64,000 nucleotides of DNA, taken from positions 518,008 to 582,007 of IMG/VR virus record IMGVR_UViG_3300050122_000263; one strand, given 5' to 3'. A program made the position numbers and the translations under genes. This document shows, in pieces, positions 20,714-30,172 of this stretch. The notes under the pieces are model-generated. The model searched no databases. It saw nothing but the letters and a program-made list of their open reading frames with translations, and was not told the origin of the DNA. Numbering within the stretch: position 1 is the first letter of the stretch; every line of letters starts with the position of its first letter.

Positions 20714-23419
20714 ATGCAAGCTGCCACAGCTCCTGAGCATGTCACACTCAATTTCGCCGGTCAGCAGTTGAAACTGCCTCTCCCCATTGCTCAACAAGCA
20801 GGCACTCTAAAGCAGCTACTCGAATTCAACCGCAAGTACGGAGCTCAAAATTACAACTTCACCCTTGCTTTAGAGGAGCTACCGGAGGATATCAGAAATA
20901 ATCCGACCGTGCAAGAGCAGCTCTTAATTCGCCTACGCCAGATTTTCTTTGATGAAGCGTTCTTTGTGCCAGAAGACCCGGCCACATTACTGAATCTGTT
21001 AGCCTTGATGCAACGACTGGAGCTCACCAAGTCTCCATATCTGGAGAACATAGCTACCAGATACTTCTCGTTGTTACCATTTGGCGAGTTGCCACCCCAA
21101 GAGACGCTGCTCTGGATATTCACACATCAACCCATTCCAGTTGCTCGGTTCTTGAAGCAACTCTCTAACAGACTGCATCAGGAGGATGGTTTCAACACAG
21201 CCATCATACGCTATTACCAAGAGCTGATTCGAGCTGATCAGCAGATCGCTTATGCGCTACAACCTCATAGCTATCCTTTTGTCCATCCAGACAGGGTAGA
21301 CCGGATCTCACCAAATCTCTTCCTACTGAATCCATTAGATAATACCCGTCCCTTGATATCAGATTATATGCAAGCTGGACTGGCTGTAGCCATCCATCGT
21401 AAGAGCTTCCTGGTGCCACCACCTCAATGGATTGAGAATGTGGAGATCAAGTTTCCAACTCAGGCTGTTTTTATCGGAAGGTTGGTACAGCTCTTCCCCG
21501 GTTTGATCAAATTTGTGGAGGATATAGCGAGAGAAGTCACGGAGATGTTTCCACCTGTTGATAACCGACCAGTAGCGGGCTGTCTACTAGCAGGGCCTTT
21601 TCTACCAATTTGTCTGGACGACTGGTTATTTCAGCGTTTACGTCACAAAGCCTCGATCGAGATTCTGATCTATGGTAGTAGCCCTGCAGTGCGAGAACGA
21701 GTCTTTGACTTAATACTAGGTTGGTTCCGCGAATACTTCGATGATCAGGAAGGAGATGTGACCACCAGATATTACGAGGATAGTTGGGTTTTCGTCAATC
21801 CCACTCAGCGTGTCAGGTTACGACCTCTCTTATTCAACACAGCTATGGCGGCCCTGTCACAACAACGCCTCTCACACTCACAAATTGGTTACGACATCCA
21901 TTATGGACTGCTTGCTACTCCCCTCTTCTCATTATATTGGCGCCGACGTGAATCTATTATCGCCTGGTATGGAGTCAGAGGTGAGGAGTTGATAGGAGCA
22001 GCTTATTTCGGCTTCGCCATTAAGCTGATCGCTCCATATGCTCATATACTGAGGGAATCAGCTATCCATATTTTCGAAGATGGTCGCCCCACTGCCGAGG
22101 TCTACTATGAAAGCACTCCAAATTTCACCCTAATTAAAGGAACCCCTAATCTTGTCTTAGAAAATGCAGGGAAGAGACCAGTTCTGGCAGTCGATTATGC
22201 TGGGCCAAGAGCTTCCCCTCGTTTGGAAGCATTTCCTCAGGACTTTTTGCCGGGGGACAGGGGTAGTTATGGCCTTATAACCATATTTGGAGGAGTGAGT
22301 TCTATTGTAGAAACCACGCCTTGGGAGACCGAAGTCTTGTTCAGAAGAGATTTCCGTGATAATATGCATGTTAACTTCGAAGTTAACGCTTTGTTTGCCA
22401 ATCCAAGTATCAGATCAGGTCTCAACCCCGGGGCTGATACTACAATTGAAGGTGTTATGTTCACACCGCGGAGCTTCTATCATGCTCACCGCGATGTTGG
22501 TACTGATCTACTTTGGGGAAGCCCTATTGAACTAGCAGCCGGGCCTGGCTCCTTTGGTAGCTATTTCTGGTTACGTCAATGTTCTTTCAAACGCTCCCCT
22601 GTCTACCGCTTCCCTCGTGGCATCATTCCACAAGAGGGACATTACCGGACCTTCGATGCCCTACGAGGTTATGTCGTTGAGAATTCTCGTCCACCCATAG
22701 CGGACACATTTCAACTGATAGACGAAAATGTGGTGAAATATCCTATCCCACTCAGAGATGCTGATCAAGGATACATAGTGTTTACAGAGCTGCCGCAACC
22801 GGCTGATCCCAGACACCTTGAGTTACTGAAGCCTGGTAAAGCAGAGTGGCCAATCACTGTCACTGCTGTGCTACAACTCAGGACTTTTGGCGGGCAACAA
22901 CGACCAGTTACTCCAGAACTCTATCGTGAATCTCTACAGCTTAATGAGGAGCAGATTGCAGCACTGCCTCTAGTGACTGCTGAGCAACTGCCCGCCCTAC
23001 TTTACCAGGCTGATCCTCAGTTCAGAGCCCAAGCAGAAGCATATCGTGAGAATGCTGCAACGATCCAAGAGCTGAAGGAAGATGAAGAGATCGACGATGA
23101 AAACGAAGAGGAGCCAGGTTATATACCTAGACTTGCAGAGGGTGAGATGGAGAACTTTAAACAAGTCTACCGAAATCGAATCGCTGAACTGACTCTGGAC
23201 TTTGAACGTGAAGCTCAACAGCTCCCCCTCTATGTTCGGGTAACAATAGATGTAATGGTTGATAGATGGTTCTTCATTGATGGGGCCAACTGGCTGATGC
23301 CTTTTGATGAGTTGTTTAACAACCAGTTCAATTGCTCTATCAGGATAGACTCAGCTGATGAGAATGGTGAAGAGAGACGTTATCCGTACATTATGCGAGG
23401 TTACAAAGTGTATCCCTAG
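20714..23419 (+). CDS. ~900-aa family member 1: SKP1/BTB-like N-terminus plus degenerate NTase-like domain
   Basis: LPIAQQAGTLKQLLE; YALQPH.YP; LLAGPFLPICLD; QIGYD; C-terminal RGYKVYP; paralogs at 50.8-59.1 kb. Confidence 0.7.
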   Translation: MQAATAPEHVTLNFAGQQLKLPLPIAQQAGTLKQLLEFNRKYGAQNYNFTLALEELPEDIRNNPTVQEQLLIRLRQIFFDEAFFVPEDPATLLNLLALMQRLELTKSPYLENIATRYFSLLPFGELPPQETLLWIFTHQPIPVARFLKQLSNRLHQEDGFNTAIIRYYQELIRADQQIAYALQPHSYPFVHPDRVDRISPNLFLLNPLDNTRPLISDYMQAGLAVAIHRKSFLVPPPQWIENVEIKFPTQAVFIGRLVQLFPGLIKFVEDIAREVTEMFPPVDNRPVAGCLLAGPFLPICLDDWLFQRLRHKASIEILIYGSSPAVRERVFDLILGWFREYFDDQEGDVTTRYYEDSWVFVNPTQRVRLRPLLFNTAMAALSQQRLSHSQIGYDIHYGLLATPLFSLYWRRRESIIAWYGVRGEELIGAAYFGFAIKLIAPYAHILRESAIHIFEDGRPTAEVYYESTPNFTLIKGTPNLVLENAGKRPVLAVDYAGPRASPRLEAFPQDFLPGDRGSYGLITIFGGVSSIVETTPWETEVLFRRDFRDNMHVNFEVNALFANPSIRSGLNPGADTTIEGVMFTPRSFYHAHRDVGTDLLWGSPIELAAGPGSFGSYFWLRQCSFKRSPVYRFPRGIIPQEGHYRTFDALRGYVVENSRPPIADTFQLIDENVVKYPIPLRDADQGYIVFTELPQPADPRHLELLKPGKAEWPITVTAVLQLRTFGGQQRPVTPELYRESLQLNEEQIAALPLVTAEQLPALLYQADPQFRAQAEAYRENAATIQELKEDEEIDDENEEEPGYIPRLAEGEMENFKQVYRNRIAELTLDFEREAQQLPLYVRVTIDVMVDRWFFIDGANWLMPFDELFNNQFNCSIRIDSADENGEERRYPYIMRGYKVYP

Positions 23420-23439
23420 ACCTTGACAGCGGAGATAAA

Positions 23440-23461
23440 AACTTGTCATGACTGACAAGTT
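23440..23461 (+). terminator. 3'-end hairpin
   Basis: aacttgtca-tgac-tgacaagtt. Confidence 0.7.
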
Positions 23462-23547
23462 GAGAGTTTAAATCACTGAAGACAGAGAAATTCTGTGGTG
23501 AGATGAGATGTAAAGTGTCTGAAAATTAAGATTCTTTTCTCAGGAAA

Positions 23548-24747
23548 ATGCAAGGTCAGACACCTATACTTCCCGGTGCATTTGGCAATCGAGCCATAGA
23601 AGGAGTGCCATATGTTGAGAAGATGTCAACAACTGGCTTTGGTGTTGAACCTCCAACTCCATTAGAGGAGGTATGGCTGCATCGACAACAGGTTGCTACA
23701 GCTCAACAGGAGTTAGAACAGGCACTGCAGCGTGCTCAGCGTGCTGGAGCCACTCCCATTCAACTGACTCAAAATCAACCTTACTTTGCAAGGATGTCTG
23801 CAACCACCTTTGGAGTTGAACCGCCAACTGCATTAGAGGCTCTTCAGATAAAGAGAGATCGACTTGCGCGAGTACAACAGTACTTGGTACAGGCGCAACA
23901 ACGTGCAGCACAATATCTGGCAACACAACCTCAGCCCTTCCAGCCCCAACGTGCCGTTCAACCATTCCAACCCACTCAACAAGTCACACGGCCCTTCCGT
24001 CCCGCTCAGATCGCTCCACCACAACCATTTCAGCCAACTCAGCAGCCATTTGCCTTGACTCAGAAACAGATTTTCCGTGCACCCCGCTCACCACGTCAAC
24101 CCACCCAAGGACCATTCAAGCCCATTCCTCTGCCTACTCAACCTTTTCAGCCCATTCCTCTGCCTACTCAACCTTTTCAGCCCATTCCTCTGCCTACTCA
24201 ACCTTTTCAGCCCATTCCTCTGCCTACTCAACCTATTAGGCCTCTTAGCCCAAGGGCTGTGCTAACTGGATCTCCTCCACGCTCACCGCCAAGATCTCCA
24301 ATCTTCCAGCTTCAACTTCAGCAGCCAACACAACAGATTCAGCGATTCACTCAGCAGCCCCGGGCCCTTCAACCCGTTGTTCAAGCTCAACAATTCACTC
24401 AAGCTCAACAACTTCCCCCTAGGCGTGTAATTTTGGAGGAGATCTCCTGGACTGTGGGTGATCGTCCTGAACAAGCCAGATTGGCTGTGGGAGCTCCCAC
24501 CATTATTCTGACTCTGAGTAGAGATGTCTTTGGTGTTGCAGATTATTCCGTCCGTATTGACGAGCCCGTGCCTGGCAACGGCATTCCAGTCAGTGCCATT
24601 TTTGAAGGCATTAACCGCATTCCTGCCTTGCAGAACCCTGTTGACCGTGGCGATCGTGTCTTTTTCGAAGGAATTGAACAATTTTTCCCCCAGGGACCTC
24701 AGGTTATCCCGGGAGTGGAATATTACGAGGTCCAACTTGGCAACTAG
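23548..24747 (+). CDS. Pro/Gln-rich low-complexity protein with a small globular C-terminal domain
   Basis: Duplicated MS.T.FGVEPPT.LE unit; PIPLPTQPFQ repeats; C-terminal GDRVFFEGI. Confidence 0.65.
   Translation: MQGQTPILPGAFGNRAIEGVPYVEKMSTTGFGVEPPTPLEEVWLHRQQVATAQQELEQALQRAQRAGATPIQLTQNQPYFARMSATTFGVEPPTALEALQIKRDRLARVQQYLVQAQQRAAQYLATQPQPFQPQRAVQPFQPTQQVTRPFRPAQIAPPQPFQPTQQPFALTQKQIFRAPRSPRQPTQGPFKPIPLPTQPFQPIPLPTQPFQPIPLPTQPFQPIPLPTQPIRPLSPRAVLTGSPPRSPPRSPIFQLQLQQPTQQIQRFTQQPRALQPVVQAQQFTQAQQLPPRRVILEEISWTVGDRPEQARLAVGAPTIILTLSRDVFGVADYSVRIDEPVPGNGIPVSAIFEGINRIPALQNPVDRGDRVFFEGIEQFFPQGPQVIPGVEYYEVQLGN
24121..24234 (+). repeat. 30-bp coding tandem repeat, 3.8 copies
   Basis: cccattcctctgcctactcaaccttttcag. 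Confidence 0.95.
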
Positions 24748-24786
24748 GATTCTGACCTCCATCTATAGAGTCTTACAGAAACAACT

Positions 24787-24811
24787 AAAAACTCATTATC
24801 AATGAGTTTTT
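24787..24811. terminator. Hairpin between convergent genes
   Basis: aaaaactcatt-atc-aatgagttttt. Confidence 0.75.
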
Positions 24812-24829
24812 AACATCTATCCTCTATGG

Positions 24830-25774
24830 TCAATAACTTAACCATCTCCCCACAGCTGCCTCAACACTAGGCACATGATTACCAGCTAGCCATCTCTCCA
24901 CAGCTGTAGTCTTAACAGCCCAGCGCTGGCCAAAGGCTTGTGGTGTATCTTTCCACAAGAAGAGCCAAACATCTCTCCATAAATAAGGGCGATCAAGATA
25001 GAGAGCACAGATGATATGAGCAGGCACTATAGCCCGCACTGCCACTCGTGTTAAGGGTTGCATCTCAGCTACAGAAATCTTGGCAAAATGGTCATAGGAA
25101 ACTAGTAGCAATGACTTGAGGTTGGGTAAACTCATTGTTATATACATAGCTTGAATAGTAATACTTAGGTCGGCGGCATCTCTTTCATTGGAACCAGAGT
25201 GTACAATAGTCAACCAACCACGGGGTGGATTCAATAGTTCATTCAGAGCCTGGGAGCGCTTTCCTTTGGCCAGAGTCACTACAACATGTATATCAGACAG
25301 TAACATACTGTTTGTGGGTGCCTTATATGCATCTATCTCTGCAGCAACACGAGCACAAGAATCACCATCTATCAGGACAACAGTGCTCAAACCATTTTGT
25401 ATAGCAGCTAACTTGAAACAAACTTGTGCTGTGCTAAGAGACGGCAGTTCACAAGATACAGCCACATCGCTGGTATCCTCCATCTTACAGTCCAGTTCCT
25501 CCTCTGCTTTGGAGCGATTGGCTTCAATTACCACTTCAGACATCTTGGTCTTAATCTGGGGAGGTGGATGATGAGATAGAAATCGCCTAATCGCATTAGC
25601 AGCAGAGGGCATACTCCTTCTTCCCTGTAGCCAGCGTGAGAAATTTCCCTGATTCAAGAGCCAAGTCTTACTAAAGGCGGATTGTGTACCCATCCACTCC
25701 GTCTTCCAAGCTACAATTAACTGGTTGTCTGTCAGGTTCAGGAAGTGAGTTGGAATCTTAAGTTCATCTTGCAT
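24830..25774 (-). CDS. NYN/PIN-like nuclease flanked by two HTH-like repeats
   Basis: VLIDGDS, RDAAD, VSYDHF; terminal QSAFSK..L.QGNFSRWLQG and PQAFGQ..A.KTTAVERWLAG. Confidence 0.6.
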   Translation of the reverse strand: MQDELKIPTHFLNLTDNQLIVAWKTEWMGTQSAFSKTWLLNQGNFSRWLQGRRSMPSAANAIRRFLSHHPPPQIKTKMSEVVIEANRSKAEEELDCKMEDTSDVAVSCELPSLSTAQVCFKLAAIQNGLSTVVLIDGDSCARVAAEIDAYKAPTNSMLLSDIHVVVTLAKGKRSQALNELLNPPRGWLTIVHSGSNERDAADLSITIQAMYITMSLPNLKSLLLVSYDHFAKISVAEMQPLTRVAVRAIVPAHIICALYLDRPYLWRDVWLFLWKDTPQAFGQRWAVKTTAVERWLAGNHVPSVEAAVGRWLSY

Positions 25775-25833
25775 CTCTGTTCACCTTCACTGTTGACTGC
25801 AAGTAAAACAGAATAACACTATATCAAATCTAC

Positions 25834-25860
25834 CTTGCTTATCTCAATAAGCAAGTTTTT
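25834..25860 (-). terminator. 3'-end hairpin of a minus-strand gene, with the A-tract on the sense strand
   Basis: Minus strand: aaaaa-cttgcttat-tgag-ataagcaag. Confidence 0.7.
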
Positions 25861-25863
25861 AAC

Positions 25864-27051
25864 TTAAGCGATGTACAGTAAGCACCGGAAGCTCTCGTCT
25901 CGTGGCCTCGCATCCAAAACCTCTGTCACTATTTGGTGAGACCCCACCATATGAGTCAGAATGAGAATATGCAGCCCAGCCTCCTCGGCCATAACCGCGA
26001 GGCTTTGGTCGAATTCATCTTCCTGCGCAAATAAGCCCAGCAGCATGCCGGCATAGCGAGCTGTGGTTGCAATACGTGGCACTAATTGCCGCTTGCTCTC
26101 AGGGAAGTTAACTCCTTTGTATGTCTGGATCTGCTCTGGTGTCATAATCAAATCCTCAGGCATTCCAACCATGTGTTTCTCATGTGCCATCTCATCATCC
26201 AGCTTGTCCATGGCTGTCTCCTTGTTGCGGAAGGTTCTGGCTCGCTGATAGAGTAGGAAGGTGGTCGATTCTGGCTCGTAATAATAGAATGTCCCTTTGA
26301 AGTCGTCTACATTCTCATTAAAATAAAGACCTCGGTTCAGAGCGCTGGCATAGCGAGTGACAGGGATACAGAAGCATGTTTCAGCTTGTGGTCCGTTCAA
26401 AGTCACAATGTATTCGTATTGATTGATTTGAGTGAGTTGCTCTCGCTTGGCTGTTAGTGAGTTGATAGTTCGGAACATAGCCATATCGTTTCTAGGTCGC
26501 CGACTGCCTGTGTAAACAAGCTCAGGGGCATACATTAACAGAGGTAGTGAGTCAGCCGTTCTTAGAGCATGTTGCCGCCAATATTCAACAGTGGCGAAGA
26601 TCCAAACCTTACTACAAAGGGCCAACTTCTTAGGATCCCCATACCAGAAAATGTTCTCCTCCTCCGTCATGCCATGCAGAATAAGCCCTTCAATCACATC
26701 ACTGTTCTTTTCCGGTAGGAAACCAGCCCTGGCCATCTCCAGATTATTATCTACATAGAAGTTGGTTGTGTGACAGCGTATCATCACCAGTTTGTGTTGC
26801 TGCATAAGAGCCCCAACCTCCGTGAAGAGCCTTTGCACATTGAGCTGTGCAAAGAGAACAGGGTAACAAAAGGTATCGTCCTGCCGGATAAGGTGACTGT
26901 CGACATCATAAGCAACAGTCAAATCAATGGTACCGATGCTGGGCGATGTGGCATCCACCACGATTTCGCTCATTGTGTGAGGTTCTGTGGTCACAATGTT
27001 GAGAAATAAGGCAGCTGCAGTTCGAGCTCGTTTGTTAGACATATTTTTCAT
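25864..27051 (-). CDS. PVTRYA/GTFYY family protein, paralog 3
   Basis: PVTRYASALNRGLY, GTFYYYEPES, GSHQIVTEVLDAR. Confidence 0.7.
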   Translation of the reverse strand: MKNMSNKRARTAAALFLNIVTTEPHTMSEIVVDATSPSIGTIDLTVAYDVDSHLIRQDDTFCYPVLFAQLNVQRLFTEVGALMQQHKLVMIRCHTTNFYVDNNLEMARAGFLPEKNSDVIEGLILHGMTEEENIFWYGDPKKLALCSKVWIFATVEYWRQHALRTADSLPLLMYAPELVYTGSRRPRNDMAMFRTINSLTAKREQLTQINQYEYIVTLNGPQAETCFCIPVTRYASALNRGLYFNENVDDFKGTFYYYEPESTTFLLYQRARTFRNKETAMDKLDDEMAHEKHMVGMPEDLIMTPEQIQTYKGVNFPESKRQLVPRIATTARYAGMLLGLFAQEDEFDQSLAVMAEEAGLHILILTHMVGSHQIVTEVLDARPRDESFRCLLYIA

Positions 27052-27202
27052 CCGCTTTGGTGGCGCTTAGACTTCGAGCACTCAGATCAATTAACTCCTG
27101 GTAACGTATTTTTGCGCCGTGCGACACTGAGGAGAATTACCACAACCCTGTTAAAATGATTTGCCACTTATCCATAATTAGAGCTCCAAAGCAAAGGCAA
27201 CA

Positions 27203-27691
27203 ATGAGTAGCGCGATCTTCTTCAAGAACACTTCCATGCCAGATGAGAACACTAAGGTGAAGACAATTGATGTGGAGTATTTCAACACTAGTTCCGATCC
27301 ACTGTTTGGGCGACTCAAGGCTCTCTTCGAGATGGCATATGAAGATGAGAGCTCCATTAGCCTCTTCGACGGGGCTGAGGATCAGCTGGATCAGCTCTGG
27401 CTGTCTGCCGATGATTGTGATATGACAGATAAGGGACGCATTCCGATCTGGAGCATCACATCCTACAACATGAAGGATCGTCATAACATTCATCGCTTCT
27501 TTGAGGTGTCGGAGTTAACGCATGACAAAGATGGTTGCCATATCTGGGACGTCAGCCCAAAGGGCAGAACTCAGGCTGAGAAGATTGAATCATTGATCTT
27601 CTACACAGTAGCCGAGAATTTGAGACTCAAAGCGGGTACAGTCATCATCCACAAACCCACTGATCCCACTAAGTACTTCGAGCTGAAATAA
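27203..27691 (+). CDS. Hypothetical protein
   Basis: 162-aa ORF; AAAATGA upstream; hairpin at 27699..27724. Confidence 0.65.
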   Translation: MSSAIFFKNTSMPDENTKVKTIDVEYFNTSSDPLFGRLKALFEMAYEDESSISLFDGAEDQLDQLWLSADDCDMTDKGRIPIWSITSYNMKDRHNIHRFFEVSELTHDKDGCHIWDVSPKGRTQAEKIESLIFYTVAENLRLKAGTVIIHKPTDPTKYFELK

Positions 27692-27922
27692 AAAACACAA
27701 TTTACCCCACTTATGGGGTAAATTTAACCTAATGATTTGACAGGCAACAGTTACATTAATATTACTGAACTCTCTATTTCTATTAGACAGTTTGAGAATT
27801 ACCTCTACCTTATACTATGTCTCTGAATAACACCAGTGCTAAATACTCATCCACAGAGAACAACGGCTACAACTGATAATCCACTCTCTCATCAAACTCA
27901 GTCCAAATAAAGACAGACAAGC

Positions 27923-28561
27923 ATGGACAACCAGAAGAAGAACTTACTCGCTAACGGCATCTTCCTTAACCTGAGACGCGAGATATTGCTGAAATCTGAA
28001 GCATACGAGGAAGAGCATCTCCTTGCCCGTGAAGAAGAGTCTAGTTGGAAATGGAAAGGTCGCTTCAGCACCCTTGGCTTTGTTATCTCAGCTGTTGGTG
28101 GTTCTGTTTGGATGCATCGGCGCCCAAACCTTGGCGTTAAGAGCCTGTGTCTACTGGCTATTGGTTCAAGCATCGCCAGCTTCGTCTACTCCTATTACAA
28201 GGTCTGGTTGGCTGAAGACAAAGTGATGAGTGCCTATATGACCAAGGAGGACTGGCTGAGTCTGCGTTGGCAATGCAATGATTTGCTCAAGCGCCTGCAC
28301 GAGGGCACTAATGGAGTGCCCACGACAGTAGAGCAGATCACAGGAATCCTCACCACACTGGTTTCTCAAAGAGATGGTGTCGAAGATCCCAATGAGGAAG
28401 GACAAACTGCCAATATGCCAGCTAAGTTCGGCACTCTCTCAACACAGGCATATTTAATAGGTGCTGCAAAGCTGAAGCAGTTTGATCAGGAAGAAACAGC
28501 ACTTTACCAGACATGGGGTTGGCAACGTCCAGAGGACTTGTCAGTCTTCAACGTGCAATAA
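27923..28561 (+). CDS. Two-TM membrane protein, possibly SLATT-like
   Basis: Two adjacent hydrophobic helices flanked by amphipathic helices. Confidence 0.5.
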   Translation: MDNQKKNLLANGIFLNLRREILLKSEAYEEEHLLAREEESSWKWKGRFSTLGFVISAVGGSVWMHRRPNLGVKSLCLLAIGSSIASFVYSYYKVWLAEDKVMSAYMTKEDWLSLRWQCNDLLKRLHEGTNGVPTTVEQITGILTTLVSQRDGVEDPNEEGQTANMPAKFGTLSTQAYLIGAAKLKQFDQEETALYQTWGWQRPEDLSVFNVQ

Positions 28562-28566
28562 CTTCA

Positions 28567-28590
28567 AAAAACACCAAATGTGGTGTTTTT
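28567..28590. terminator. Hairpin between convergent genes
   Basis: aaaaacacca-aatg-tggtgttttt. Confidence 0.75.
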
Positions 28591-28640
28591 ACAGCTTCAG
28601 CATTATCTCCTCAGAGTTAAGTTGCCATTTATTTCAACTA

Positions 28641-28991
28641 TCAGAGCAGAGTACAGGTGCCTGCTCCGCTGAAAGCAATGCAGACAACAACTTCTCTCTC
28701 AATTGTATTCAAAGAGACTCTACACTCTCTACCGAAGGAGGTGTTCTGGGCTTTCACAAACAGATTGTTATCAGCTGCTAGACGGGTCACCTCTTTGAGG
28801 TCAACAGATTCAGGCAGTTGTGATTGTTGCCTAACCTCTAATATTCTACATTTGAAGGACTGGCCTGCCTTGATGCATCTGTCGGCTACAGCCCAAGAGC
28901 GATGCCCGTGATTGAACTGAGTGCCTAAGTCGATAAGCCAACGACTCACGGCCAAAGTATAGGGATCTAATGAGGTTTCCTCCTGCATCAT
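28641..28991 (-). CDS. Hypothetical protein
   Basis: 116-aa ORF, AAAATG start. Confidence 0.5.
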   Translation of the reverse strand: MMQEETSLDPYTLAVSRWLIDLGTQFNHGHRSWAVADRCIKAGQSFKCRILEVRQQSQLPESVDLKEVTRLAADNNLFVKAQNTSFGRECRVSLNTIEREVVVCIAFSGAGTCTLL

Positions 28992-29061
28992 TTTCCCGAC
29001 TTATAGGCTACACTGTTTTTATCATTTACATTTTCTTACTCAACTTCAAGCTTCAGCGCCG

Positions 29062-30039
29062 TTAGCGTGAGTTGAAGGTGAAAGAAACATCTTGTTTGTT
29101 ATTGATGTACTTGAAGCGGCCACCCACCCAAATAGGAGTTCCTTCCACTTTGATCTGCATGGCCTTTAGGAAGTCTAGGATTGAGCGAATGAAGTTGAAG
29201 GTATAGATGTTGCCAGGACACTGTACTCCTGTCGGACCAAATGCCTTGTTGTTAGCGTTGTTAACTAGATCTCGATTACGATGCATAAAGACCAGCTGGC
29301 CATCAGATCCTCCTGTGTGGAAGATGGAGAATTGGGCCACCGCGATCAGGAAGTCGTTCTCCTCCAGACCAGCCATATCGCCCTTCCTATTGAGGATGGC
29401 TTTGGTAAAGTTATCCAACAAAGCCAGTTGTGGCACAAAGACCAGGAAACGCAGGTGACCTGGCAGGGAGCGAATAATACTCGACAGCCTGAAGACATTG
29501 CCAATATTACGGAAGAACACAGAAATACCAGTGATGAAGTCACCACGTAACACCGTCACTATACCACGCAGCACGACCAGGAGTTGGATCATTTCCTTCT
29601 CTACCTCATTGTCAACGATACCAAAGGCTCGATTCGTCTCGATCAGGATGGATTTGGATAGGAAATCCTCAAACTCCTCAATAGTGAGCTTCTTCTCATT
29701 GATATCGTGGAAGTAGTGACGCATATCAATACCTTTAGCTTTCTCTCCCTGCACGCGAAGTAGATCTTTCCTGACTTTATCTGGTAGTACGATGCCCATA
29801 CCAGAGAAGAGCTTGAACATCTCAATGAAGAAGCCAGAGGTGTAGATGTAGGTCTCATCCCGATCTGTCACCCAGTCGCGATCATCCTTGTAGCCTATGC
29901 CGAAGAAGGCAGCAGCCTTAGGGTGCTTATACAGATAGTCGAAGCCAAAACTCAGAATATAGAAGCGAAAGGGCTTGTAGAAGGCATACAGAGTAAGAAA
30001 AGCCACCACACTTGCTAGAAACCAGGTTAGCAGGGACAT
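29062..30039 (-). CDS. Membrane-anchored, shortened cytochrome P450-like protein
   Basis: N-terminal TM anchor; FGPTGVQCPG about 50 aa from the C-terminus keeps the F-x6-C-x-G heme-ligand spacing. Confidence 0.45.
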   Translation of the reverse strand: MSLLTWFLASVVAFLTLYAFYKPFRFYILSFGFDYLYKHPKAAAFFGIGYKDDRDWVTDRDETYIYTSGFFIEMFKLFSGMGIVLPDKVRKDLLRVQGEKAKGIDMRHYFHDINEKKLTIEEFEDFLSKSILIETNRAFGIVDNEVEKEMIQLLVVLRGIVTVLRGDFITGISVFFRNIGNVFRLSSIIRSLPGHLRFLVFVPQLALLDNFTKAILNRKGDMAGLEENDFLIAVAQFSIFHTGGSDGQLVFMHRNRDLVNNANNKAFGPTGVQCPGNIYTFNFIRSILDFLKAMQIKVEGTPIWVGGRFKYINNKQDVSFTFNSR

Positions 30040-30172
30040 CTTAAATGTGTGGGAGATACTTTATCTCGTGAGCGACCCAACGAGTCAGATCACTTTCCCA
30101 GTGAAAATATTCACAACAAGAGTCTATTAACCCTGAACAGGGATAATCGGTTTTTACAATTTCTCTCCCTCT

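Noticed and set aside
24121-24234. 30-bp repeats as a possible CRISPR array
   Set aside because: Head-to-tail with no spacers, in frame within a protein, and no cas genes
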